A DNA stretch of 56,948 bases, from the IMG/VR virus record IMGVR_UViG_3300037502_002662, positions 1-56,948 of that record. One strand, written 5' to 3'. Below, in pieces: positions 29,400 through 38,037 of the stretch. Both the position numbers and the translations under genes were made by a program. Source of the DNA: a virus (taxonomy: Duplodnaviria > Caudoviricetes). The notes below the pieces were generated by a model, which saw only the letters and a program-made list of their open reading frames with translations, was not told the DNA's origin and did no database searches. Within the stretch, counting starts at the first letter, position 1. Every line of letters begins with the position of its first letter.

Positions 29400-29974
29400 T
29401 AAAAGTGAGGCCAGACGTAAACAACTGTGCAACATGTAAACAATGTGGTGAATACAAACCTATAAGTAAATTTAGAAAGTACCGCGGCGGTCGTAGGGGT
29501 TACTACAATTATTGTACCAGTTGTGAAAGTATCAACAACCGATATAAGTATCTTATACAAAAATACGAAAAAATAGGTGATGAAAGTACTAAGCAACAAA
29601 TTGAAGATATCGAAAAACTTTATAAAATATTAGAATCCAAGGGTTATACTGTATATGGGTTGTGGCGTAGACATAACGCTGAGAAAACTGCAGAAGATAA
29701 CATCAAAAGACTACTTAATAAATTCAATGAGGGACCTGATGTATCTATAAATGAATTACGTACGTATTATAAAATGGACTTCTACAGTATGTCTGAGGAT
29801 GAGTTGGAGGAACTACAAGCTGAACTTATGAATAAATACTGTCCAGTCATTGATTATGAACTAAATGAACAAACAGGTATTAAAATACCTATTAGAGACA
29901 AATCAATATATGATAAATATGATGGGCTGTTTGAAAAAATCATGAATAAGATTGATGATGCGCTGGGGTATTAG
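29396..29974 (+). CDS. Zn-finger hypothetical protein
   Basis: CKQC..KPISKF..CTSC. Confidence 0.7.
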   Translation: MIKVRPDVNNCATCKQCGEYKPISKFRKYRGGRRGYYNYCTSCESINNRYKYLIQKYEKIGDESTKQQIEDIEKLYKILESKGYTVYGLWRRHNAEKTAEDNIKRLLNKFNEGPDVSINELRTYYKMDFYSMSEDELEELQAELMNKYCPVIDYELNEQTGIKIPIRDKSIYDKYDGLFEKIMNKIDDALGY

Positions 29975-29991
29975 CCTATAAAATATATGCA

Positions 29992-30240
29992 GTGGGGGAG
30001 GGGAATTTAACTACAATGATATCAAATGTAGACGAGGTTGTTAGGGCTATAGAATCACTGGATGATAATTACAGAGTTACTAGTGCTACACCAATGGAAA
30101 TTTATGTTACATTTAATAACATACCATTATCTGGTAAAAGACTTGTGGAACTACAGGATACCGTACGCAATATTATAAAATATGAAGGTATGAAATCATT
30201 CATAATAAGATGTAAGGGAGGTATACTCAAGGATGAATGA
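29992..30240 (+). CDS. Hypothetical protein
   Basis: ORF within operon. Confidence 0.6.
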   Translation: MGEGNLTTMISNVDEVVRAIESLDDNYRVTSATPMEIYVTFNNIPLSGKRLVELQDTVRNIIKYEGMKSFIIRCKGGILKDE

Positions 30241-30691
30241 GCAATGGAAAGATATTAAAGGTTATGAAGGTATCTACCAAGTCAGTAATACTGGTAAGAT
30301 AAGGAGTATTAAACGTGATAAGTTACTGAAACAACAGATTATAGGGAACTACAGGGCTGTAAGGTTATCAAAGGATAACATTCAAAAGGTGCACTATGTA
30401 CACAGATTAGTTGCGGAACACTTTATTGATAACCCTAAAGGATATAAATATATCAAGCATAAAGATGATAATATGTCAAATAATAGAGCGGATAATCTAC
30501 AGTGGATACCTAAACCTAATGATAGGAATAAGTCACGCAGTGTTTCTAAGATACTTGATGGAACTACACTTGAGGTATACGACACGGTGACGCAGGCTGC
30601 TGAGGAGAATAATTTATCTACAAGCTCTATCATAAAAGTTTGTCGAGGCTTACAGAAAACAGCCGGTGGGTATGAGTGGAGATACTTATAA
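30233..30691 (+). CDS. NUMOD4-HNH homing endonuclease-like protein
   Basis: WKDIKGYEGIYQVSN.G, VHRLVAEHF, HKDDN..NN..NLQW, TAGGYEW. Confidence 0.88.
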   Translation: MNEQWKDIKGYEGIYQVSNTGKIRSIKRDKLLKQQIIGNYRAVRLSKDNIQKVHYVHRLVAEHFIDNPKGYKYIKHKDDNMSNNRADNLQWIPKPNDRNKSRSVSKILDGTTLEVYDTVTQAAEENNLSTSSIIKVCRGLQKTAGGYEWRYL

Positions 30692-30732
30692 TTGTACAAA
30701 TAACTACGTATATTACAGGATGTTGGAACTAC

Positions 30733-30761
30733 AGTGTATCATTTTGATACACTTTTTTTTT
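30733..30761 (+). terminator. Terminator ending the replication/accessory arm
   Basis: AGTGTATCA-TTT-TGATACACT plus T-run. Confidence 0.8.
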
Positions 30762-30777
30762 CTGTAAAACTTACCAA

Positions 30778-31390
30778 TTTTCGCTACGTAGCAATGTAGC
30801 GAAAAAGTGTTCAAACCCAGTGTTTCCAATATATTGAGCATCCCTGAGGGTATACTTTTTCGCAACCTTCGTCGCCTTTGCTACTTTTGAACGTAAAAAT
30901 AGGTTTATTTAATAAAAATTTTATCTAAGTATGTGTTGCGGTGGTTATACAGTTATCTTTCTGTAATTATTCAAAAAAGAGCATATATCTAAACTACAAT
31001 ATTTCTTTATATATTAAAGAAAATGTATATAAAGGGATTTTTTTTATTTATTGTTATTAAAATATTTTAAATATACATTAAATACTATATAATATATGTT
31101 TTTATAAAATATCTTATTAGATATAATACTTTATTAGAAAATATACAAAATATAAATTGTATGTAGATAAGTACTCTATCAGCATATTAAATTAAACAAA
31201 AATTTTTTATTATAAAACTAAAAAATGCGTTGCGAAGGTAGCGAAAGTAGCGAAGGTAACGAAAAAAATATCTTTCCAAATTGCCTATAGGTTGGAATCA
31301 CTAAGTTTGAAGGCTCTTAAAATTTTCGCTACGTAGCGAAAAACTGTACACTTCATAGCTAAAAACGTAGCGAAAACGTAGCGAAAAATT
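30778..31390. other. Candidate replication origin: long imperfect inverted repeat with GTAGCGAAA iterons flanking an AT-rich core
   Basis: Mirror arms ~30778-30925 and ~31195-31342; perfect palindrome TTTTCGCTACGTAGCGAAAA at 31323-31342. Confidence 0.65.
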
Positions 31391-31832
31391 ATTTATTGAG
31401 TTTAAAAATTTTAAAATAATTTTAAAAATCATTAAATAACTTAAAAACAACCAAGCTAAACGACATTTTCTACCAATTTTATCAAGTGCGGATCAGCGCG
31501 GCGCGGCAGCTAAGTCCTCTTAATATTATATAAACCATTAGCCACAGCGATACAATGTTAAATAAACTCAAAATAAAATACAAATGTAGCTTAGTAACGA
31601 AGTGCCTTTTTACGCGGGTCAATCTGCAAAGATTCAAAAACTATAAGACTGAGCGGCCTCGTCTTATCGAGGCAGCACCGCGACATAGACCCCCTCTTGC
31701 GTCGTGGCATTGCATAGGCTAATTGAGGCTATAATAGTATAAGTAATTAATAGTTATGGCTAATCGGCGCCGCAAAGAGGTTGTGTAGTTAATACATAGC
31801 TCAGGCTAATCGGCGCCGCATCAGCACAAAAT

Positions 31833-31863
31833 AAAAAGAAGCGACTATTCATCGTCGCTTCTT
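31833..31863 (-). terminator. Terminator for minus-strand transcript
   Basis: AAGAAGCGAC-N8-GTCGCTTCTT with A-run on the left. Confidence 0.75.
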
Positions 31864-32019
31864 ACTAACATTTCCATTAGCTTAAGCTTTGCTGATAGCA
31901 AGTCATCATACATAAATCTTTTGTAGGAACTTATAGCATCTATTATTTTGTTGTCGTCATCCATAAAGCATATACTAACAAGATCATACAGTATTCTTAA
32001 TTCTTTTTGTAGTTAACAT
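31845..32019 (-). pseudogene. Small minus-strand gene with a 1-nt frameshift near its start
   Basis: GGAGG RBS, MLT then QKELRILYDLVS..VRSDDE* in shifted frame; 175 nt. Confidence 0.5.
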
Positions 32020-32074
32020 TTGTAAACCTCCTTAAGTTATTAAATTGTTGAAGGGCTTGTACAGCCCTTCGTAT

Positions 32075-32860
32075 TTATTTGGATACCAACATCTCCCTAA
32101 TTTTACTAAGTATTTCTTTACTATCTGAAGCCTTTAGTTTTTCAACATTGATTGTAGTTAACATATTTTCGATTTCTTTTTGTTTTTCTAATGCTTCAGC
32201 AGCTTTTGGATTACCGCTGTCTCTAAGCGTTTTCAATTGTTCTTCAACTTCAAGTAACTTTTTGTACCTTTCACTATTAGGGTCAAAGTCAGCTTTTGAT
32301 TTCATTATGGACTTTTTGGATTGAATATTTCTGATTGCCTTCCTTAATTTTTCTTGGTCGTTAGCTAACTCTTGGAGTTCATCTTCAGTATATTCTACTG
32401 TAGATCTTTTTGGACCACCACTTTTAGACTTAGGCTTGTCCGCAGCGATTCTAAGTAAATTTTCTGCAATCGCTGCTGTTACAAGCTTTTTATAGTTATC
32501 GATTGTCATTGTTTTTGATTTTGTGCGACTTCTTTTTGATTGTTGGCTCTTAATCATTCTGTCGATTTCATCATCCGTTGCTTGTTTTAGAAATTCAACG
32601 TCAACTTCTTGTAAGTTAGTAACTTGTGATATTAATTCATCCATAGCGTCATGTGATTTTTTACTTTCTTCAACCTTTGATTGATACTTTTCAACATCAG
32701 TAGCTATTTTGTTTAACACATCGTTTGCAACTTCTTCACTGGTAGCTACTAATTGTGCTGTGTAGGTCAACGACCTACCAGCTGTACTTTGCTGCTTGCC
32801 TCCTTCAGCAAAAAGTCCTTTCAAGTTGTTTTTGTTTGACATCATTTTACCAACCTCCAC
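32075..32860 (-). CDS. Basic helical hypothetical protein with two IxxxQSK repeats
   Basis: IKSQQSKRS and IRNIQSKKS; GGAGG RBS; promoter at 32904-32938. Confidence 0.85.
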   Translation of the reverse strand: MEVGKMMSNKNNLKGLFAEGGKQQSTAGRSLTYTAQLVATSEEVANDVLNKIATDVEKYQSKVEESKKSHDAMDELISQVTNLQEVDVEFLKQATDDEIDRMIKSQQSKRSRTKSKTMTIDNYKKLVTAAIAENLLRIAADKPKSKSGGPKRSTVEYTEDELQELANDQEKLRKAIRNIQSKKSIMKSKADFDPNSERYKKLLEVEEQLKTLRDSGNPKAAEALEKQKEIENMLTTINVEKLKASDSKEILSKIREMLVSK

Positions 32861-33364
32861 TTTGTAATTTTTTTTGAAAAGAAATTTTTCTTTTCTTAAT
32901 TATATTATACTACAAATAACTGAAATTTAATTAAGCAATTTGGATTTGGAGCAGCGACCACTAGTGTGATTATGTCGTTTTATATCTTTGGTCCGTTTTA
33001 TGCAGCAGGTTTTGGCTAATCATTATCGCATGTAATTCTACTATGCTTGGTCAAATTGACGCTGCATGATGCGCTATGTAGTTCAATCTAACTGATGTTG
33101 TTTTTATTGCTGCTTGATTAGGATTTACCAAAGCTTCATGAAGTATTGCATAGCTAGTTCTAATCGTTGCTTCTATGTTAACTTAGATTTAGCTGACTGC
33201 CGCTGAATTCATAAAGTGATATTGTAATATTATTTAGTTTGACTGAAGCCGCATAGGGGTATGCCTTTAGCAATTATTAGTTGAACGGCGCTGATCCAAT
33301 TTAAAATTACTTGTGTAAACTTCAACATTTTGTGGTATAATATAAATAAGAGGTTGATTTTAAA

Positions 33365-33742
33365 ATGAAAAAACTAACAGCTGCTGACAAAAATATTATA
33401 TTGGAGGTGGTTAGCAATAAATTAAACTTGATAGCATACGACGATGCTACAAAACTGAGAGATGACTTATGGCAAGAAAATTTCATCAGTTTGCTTCAGG
33501 CTAAATACAATTTACGATGTGAAACATATAGCGATGAGCTACAGCTGCTAAAAGAACATTTGATGCTGCTAGTTGAAATCTATTTGAGGAAAATTGACAA
33601 ACACCAAGAGATTAATGCATTCTTCGATATCAAAATAACAGTGAATGACGTTGAATATGAAATACCGTTAGATTGCGATGTGTATAATACGCTGGTAGAT
33701 TTTATTGATAAAAAACTTGGTATTGAAGATGATAGTGAGTAG
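33365..33742 (+). CDS. Hypothetical protein, own promoter and terminator
   Basis: TTACTT-N23-TATAAT (33307-33341), GAGG RBS, AGTAGCCA..TGGCTACT terminator. Confidence 0.75.
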   Translation: MKKLTAADKNIILEVVSNKLNLIAYDDATKLRDDLWQENFISLLQAKYNLRCETYSDELQLLKEHLMLLVEIYLRKIDKHQEINAFFDIKITVNDVEYEIPLDCDVYNTLVDFIDKKLGIEDDSE

Positions 33743-33892
33743 CCATTAGTGGCTACTTTCTTTTTTTACTTTTTATGCGGCAGCTGATGGTAATGCTAAA
33801 CCGTTTTATAGCAATTGCTTAGCCCAATCAAAGCTTTTATGGTGTTGCGTAGTCTTAACCAATCGACGCTGATTACAGAATATTTAAAATGT

Positions 33893-34150
33893 TTAGAATA
33901 TTCTGACAATTTTGAAGACTCGAAGTACTTAGAATATTCTGACAATTTCGAAGACTCGAAGTACTTAGAATATTCTGACAATTTCGAAGACTCGCGTTGT
34001 GTGACAATTGATTTGGCTGATCGAGGCCGCATAGCATTCATTAGGTAAATTGTCAGAATATTCTGACAATTTTGAAGACACGCATTACCAGAAAAGTGAA
34101 GGCTCGCATTACCAGAATATACATAATATTCTGAATATTCTGACAATTCA
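33893..34150. repeat. 36-bp tandem repeat (~2.8x) and GAATATTCTGACAATT family, including a 26-bp perfect palindrome at 34047-34072
   Basis: TTAGAATATTCTGACAATTTCGAAGACTCGAAGTAC; AAATTGTCAGAATATTCTGACAATTT. Confidence 0.9.
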
Positions 34151-34217
34151 AAGCCTATCTCCCCCTCGGTCTCCACGGCATATTTCCCTTAAATATGCCC
34201 CCTTTAGGGTGAAGAGG

Positions 34218-34319
34218 CTATTTCATTAACCTCTTCATTCTATTTAAACCTTTGAAGGTAGGCTCTATACTCATTTCTTTACATATCCTTAAGTACAATC
34301 TTAAAATCTTTATGTTCAT
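34218..34319 (-). CDS. 33-aa basic peptide (absent from ORF track)
   Basis: AAGGGGG RBS; MNIKILRLYLRICKEMSIEPTFKGLNRMKRLMK. Confidence 0.65.
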   Translation of the reverse strand: MNIKILRLYLRICKEMSIEPTFKGLNRMKRLMK

Positions 34320-34352
34320 TTGTTCAACCCCCTTGATTTGATGAGTTAAACC

Positions 34353-34868
34353 TTAAAGGTTTAACTCATCATTATTTAAGTCTTTTAGTAGTTGTATTAC
34401 ATATTCTTTATCTAATTTTTCTTCTTGATTTTCTAGATGATTTATTAGATTATTTATTGAAGATTTTCTTACACAATATTCAGGAACTGGTTTAATCGTT
34501 TCTTTATGTTCTAGTAACATTTTTTCAATTTCACAAGCTTTATTATATTCTGTTTTATCTTCATCATATTGTGAATTACATTTTTTAGATTGAATTGATT
34601 TTATTGCTCTTAAAGTTTCTTCATAGTTTAGATTTTTAATATCTTCTTGTTCAAATTCTGTGACAAATTTTTTCCTTGGTTCAAAATAAGCTTTAACTTC
34701 TTTTAGTGCTTGTTCATATTCTAGTAGTTTTTTCATTTTTGATTCATAATCTTTTCTTGCTTTTTGTTTTTTCAATCTGCACTTTTTAGTTTGTACATTT
34801 CTTATCTCTTTTTTCACCTCTTTTACATTTTTGAATTTTTTGCTTAATTCTTGTACATTTTTTAACAT
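34353..34868 (-). CDS. Basic helical hypothetical protein, paralogous to 32075-32860
   Basis: IRNVQTKKC..KKLLEYEQALK and IKSIQSKKC; AAGGAGGG RBS; TGTGGTATAAT promoter. Confidence 0.85.
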   Translation of the reverse strand: MLKNVQELSKKFKNVKEVKKEIRNVQTKKCRLKKQKARKDYESKMKKLLEYEQALKEVKAYFEPRKKFVTEFEQEDIKNLNYEETLRAIKSIQSKKCNSQYDEDKTEYNKACEIEKMLLEHKETIKPVPEYCVRKSSINNLINHLENQEEKLDKEYVIQLLKDLNNDELNL

Positions 34869-35029
34869 TTGTAATCCCTCCTTATTTAATTTTTAAAAGT
34901 TTATTTATTATTTGTTCTAGTTATATTATACCACAAATTAATAAAAATTATAACCATTTTTTTAATTTAGGCAAAAAATTTTTGATTTAAAAAATTTGTT
35001 TAGAAGTTTGAATATTTAAAATATTTTTA

Positions 35030-35225
35030 AAATTATGAATATTATAAATATTATGAATATATATAAAATATTTTAAATATTATGAATATATAAAAAATTT
35101 TAAATATTATGAATATTATGAATATTATGAATATTTAGAATATTCTGAAAATTTAAAATATTCTGAAAATTTAAAATATTCATAATAGTCCAAAAATTAC
35201 GAAAATTTTGAATATTCTGACAACT
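35030..35225. repeat. 9/18-bp AATATT-based repeat array upstream of terS
   Basis: (AATATTATG)n, AATATTCTGAAAATTTA x2, GAATATTCTGACAA. Confidence 0.85.
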
Positions 35226-35356
35226 ACGCCAAGGGTTGAGGCGCACAATCATATAATAAGGAAAGCCCCAAAGCGGCGCATGATTATACTAATACATAAA
35301 CCATAGTATAGGTCCAAAAGTTACACGAAATATGGACGTAGAGTCAGAATAGGCTA

Positions 35357-35389
35357 GAGCTATAGCAAATGACATTCTAACGTATAATA
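35357..35389 (+). promoter_or_regulatory. Candidate late promoter GAGYTATARC-N12-AACGTATAATA
   Basis: Same bipartite motif and spacing at 40023-40055; both precede AGGAGGTG of structural operons. Confidence 0.65.
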
Positions 35390-35410
35390 TTTATTAGGAG
35401 GTGAAATATT

Positions 35411-36160
35411 GTGTCCAACGAAATAAGCAAATTAATTAAGTGTAAACGCTGCGGTCAAGAAAAGTTACCGCATAAAAATAATCCACACCTGTGTGTAGAA
35501 TGCGCAAAAGCAGAACAGAACCGTATAAGCTACTTTAGACAGCATAATAATAATTGGATGCAAATTGCTAAAGAAGCGGGATTAGAATTGTGGGAACGTC
35601 AACCAGGAGAAACTGATAGAGAATGGCAAGTATGGCTTGCTTATAGGGATGCTTATCCTTCTATAAAGCCTACTTACAGAAAGGTTGCAGAACAATTAGG
35701 AACAACAATAAATGTAGTTAAGAAAGTGGGACAACGCTGGAATTTTCCATTAAGATTACAAGCATGGGCAAAGCATGTAGACGAACTCACACAACGTCAG
35801 CGAGAGAAAGAAATTGTAGAAATGAACAAGAGGCACATAGAAATGGCAACGAAGCTACAAGAAAAAATACAAACAGCTATAAACAATATAAATCCACATG
35901 TGCTTGAGCCAAAGGATATAAAAAGCTTATTTCAATTATCAGCTGAGTTAGAGCGTAAAGCTAGACTAGATAAGACAGAAGTATCTCCTGTTAAAATTGG
36001 GGATAATAATCCAGAGCTTAAGAAAATTGAAACGGATGCTAACAGTCTAGGGGAGGTAATTAAAATTCTACAGGGTGCTGGATTAGTTCCTAAGAGTCCG
36101 AAAGTCGGCATCGAAACGACGCAGCGTATAGTCCTCAAGGAGGATGATGAAGAGGAATAA
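35411..36160 (+). CDS. Terminase small subunit
   Basis: WERQPGET..AYRD, HTH, W..R..AW; upstream of TerL. Confidence 0.8.
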   Translation: MSNEISKLIKCKRCGQEKLPHKNNPHLCVECAKAEQNRISYFRQHNNNWMQIAKEAGLELWERQPGETDREWQVWLAYRDAYPSIKPTYRKVAEQLGTTINVVKKVGQRWNFPLRLQAWAKHVDELTQRQREKEIVEMNKRHIEMATKLQEKIQTAINNINPHVLEPKDIKSLFQLSAELERKARLDKTEVSPVKIGDNNPELKKIETDANSLGEVIKILQGAGLVPKSPKVGIETTQRIVLKEDDEEE

Positions 36161-36175
36161 TAATGGGGAATACGC

Positions 36176-36646
36176 TTGCAGTCAACAAAGGCATGTCGTT
36201 TGTGTGGTGTAGAAAAGCCACTGACGCAGTTCTACAGAAATGGTAAGGATAAGTACGGTAGAACAAAGTATAGGAGTGAATGCAAGACGTGTCATAAGAT
36301 ACTTAAGAAAATAAGTAAAAAGAAACATAATAAGTTCAAGAATAATACAAGAAATCGTGGGGCTAAAGATGTGTTAACCTTTGATGAATGGAAGGAGATA
36401 TTAATACACTGGCAGGGTAGATGTGCCTATTGTGGAAAGGAGCCAAAGGGACGTGGTCAACAACTAACAAAAGAACATGTAGTACCTTTGAGCAAAGGTG
36501 GAGCATCTACAAAGAATAATATAATACTCGCCTGTATAAGTTGTAATTGTAGCAAATCTAATGAAGATTTAATAGATTGGTATCACAGACAGAAATTCTT
36601 TAATAAAGAAAGACTTAGAAAAATATTGGATTGGATAGGGAGGTGA
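36176..36646 (+). CDS. HNH endonuclease with N-terminal Zn finger
   Basis: CAYCG, EHVVPLSKGG..NII.ACISCNCSK. Confidence 0.9.
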   Translation: MQSTKACRLCGVEKPLTQFYRNGKDKYGRTKYRSECKTCHKILKKISKKKHNKFKNNTRNRGAKDVLTFDEWKEILIHWQGRCAYCGKEPKGRGQQLTKEHVVPLSKGGASTKNNIILACISCNCSKSNEDLIDWYHRQKFFNKERLRKILDWIGR

Positions 36647-36651
36647 CACTG

Positions 36652-38031
36652 ATGAAAGTACCGGGTATTGATTTGCTTAACTCGGATGTAGATCTCGTGG
36701 CACTACAGAAGGCTTTAACACCACGACTTACTAAGTACATTCCGTTTGATCCAACAACAAAACAAACAGCTTTCTTGATAATGAATGACGTTAGGGAGAT
36801 ATTGTATGGAGGTGCTGCAGGTGGTGGCAAGTCTGTTGCTCAGCTAATGGGAGCTCTTCAGTATGCAGATATCCCCGGGTACAATGCTATCTTGTTTAGA
36901 AAAACTTATGCTGACTTAGCAAAGCCCGGTGCGCTGTTAGATATGGCTAAGCAGTGGTTAATGCCTTTTGTAGAACGTAAGGAAGTAAAGTGGTCGGAGA
37001 AGGAAAAAAGGTTCACCTTCCAATCAGGTGCCACATTAACATTTGGGTATCTGGAGTCTGAAAATGATATGTACAACTATCAAGGAGCTGAGTATCAATA
37101 CATCGGCATGGATGAATGTACGCAGATAAACCCTAAGTGTTATAGGTATCTATTCTCAAGACTTAGAAAGCCAAAGTGGCTTAAAGTACCATTAAGATTT
37201 AGAGCCACAGCAAACCCTGGTGGTGAATTCGGAGAGTACTACTACGAAAGGTTTTTTGTAGAAGGACCAGAAAAAGGTAGAGTATTTATTCCTGCTGGTA
37301 TAGATGACAATCCGTATCTTGACTCTGAAGAGTATAAACAGTCACTTGCAGAACTAGATCCAGTTACAAGGGAGCAATTACTTAATGGTAACTGGCAAAT
37401 AAGAGAAGCTGGTGACATGTTTAATAGAGAATGGTTTACTATTGTATCGCATAATGAAATACCAAGCAATGCAATATATGTAAGATATTGGGATATGGCA
37501 TCTACAGATCCTAGTAAGCGAAAAAATAAAAAGGATAAACGTGAACCAGACTGGACTGTAGGTCTTAAAATGGCGTTTAGTCAAGGCATATATTGGATAA
37601 TAGATATTGTAATGACACAATCAACCCCAAGTCAGGTTGAGTCCTTGATAGCACGTACTGCTTCATCTGATGGGCATAATGTTGCAATAAGGATGGAGCA
37701 AGAACCGGGGTCTTCTGGAGATATTACAATAGACCATTATGCAAGAAATGTGCTTGTAGGTTACAACTTCAAAGGCGTTAGATCTACAGGGTCCAAGATT
37801 CAGAGAGCTGAACCGGCTTCTGCTGCAGCCGAGCAAGGTAGGATATTAATAAGTAATAGATGTAGGAATATTAGTGCATTTTTTGATCAGATTGAGCTGT
37901 TTCCTTATGGTGCAAAGGACGACATTGTAGATGCATTTTCAGGAGCGTTTAATTACTTTAGGGGTCCTGCAATATCTGTAGCACCGTCTGGGATAGGGAA
38001 TAAGGGTTCATATTGGAAACGAGCCTACTAA
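36652..38031 (+). CDS. Terminase large subunit
   Basis: YGGAAGGGKS, IGMDE, ATANPGG, YWDMA, DDIVDA. Confidence 0.95.
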   Translation: MKVPGIDLLNSDVDLVALQKALTPRLTKYIPFDPTTKQTAFLIMNDVREILYGGAAGGGKSVAQLMGALQYADIPGYNAILFRKTYADLAKPGALLDMAKQWLMPFVERKEVKWSEKEKRFTFQSGATLTFGYLESENDMYNYQGAEYQYIGMDECTQINPKCYRYLFSRLRKPKWLKVPLRFRATANPGGEFGEYYYERFFVEGPEKGRVFIPAGIDDNPYLDSEEYKQSLAELDPVTREQLLNGNWQIREAGDMFNREWFTIVSHNEIPSNAIYVRYWDMASTDPSKRKNKKDKREPDWTVGLKMAFSQGIYWIIDIVMTQSTPSQVESLIARTASSDGHNVAIRMEQEPGSSGDITIDHYARNVLVGYNFKGVRSTGSKIQRAEPASAAAEQGRILISNRCRNISAFFDQIELFPYGAKDDIVDAFSGAFNYFRGPAISVAPSGIGNKGSYWKRAY

Positions 38032-38037
38032 TAGGAG

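Noticed and set aside
33893-33994. 36-bp repeats as a CRISPR array
   Set aside because: Units are directly adjacent with no unique spacers, and no cas genes are present
33796-34176. ORFs 33796-34176 (-) and 33815-34048 (+)
   Set aside because: Open frames are by-products of the tandem repeats; no convincing RBS
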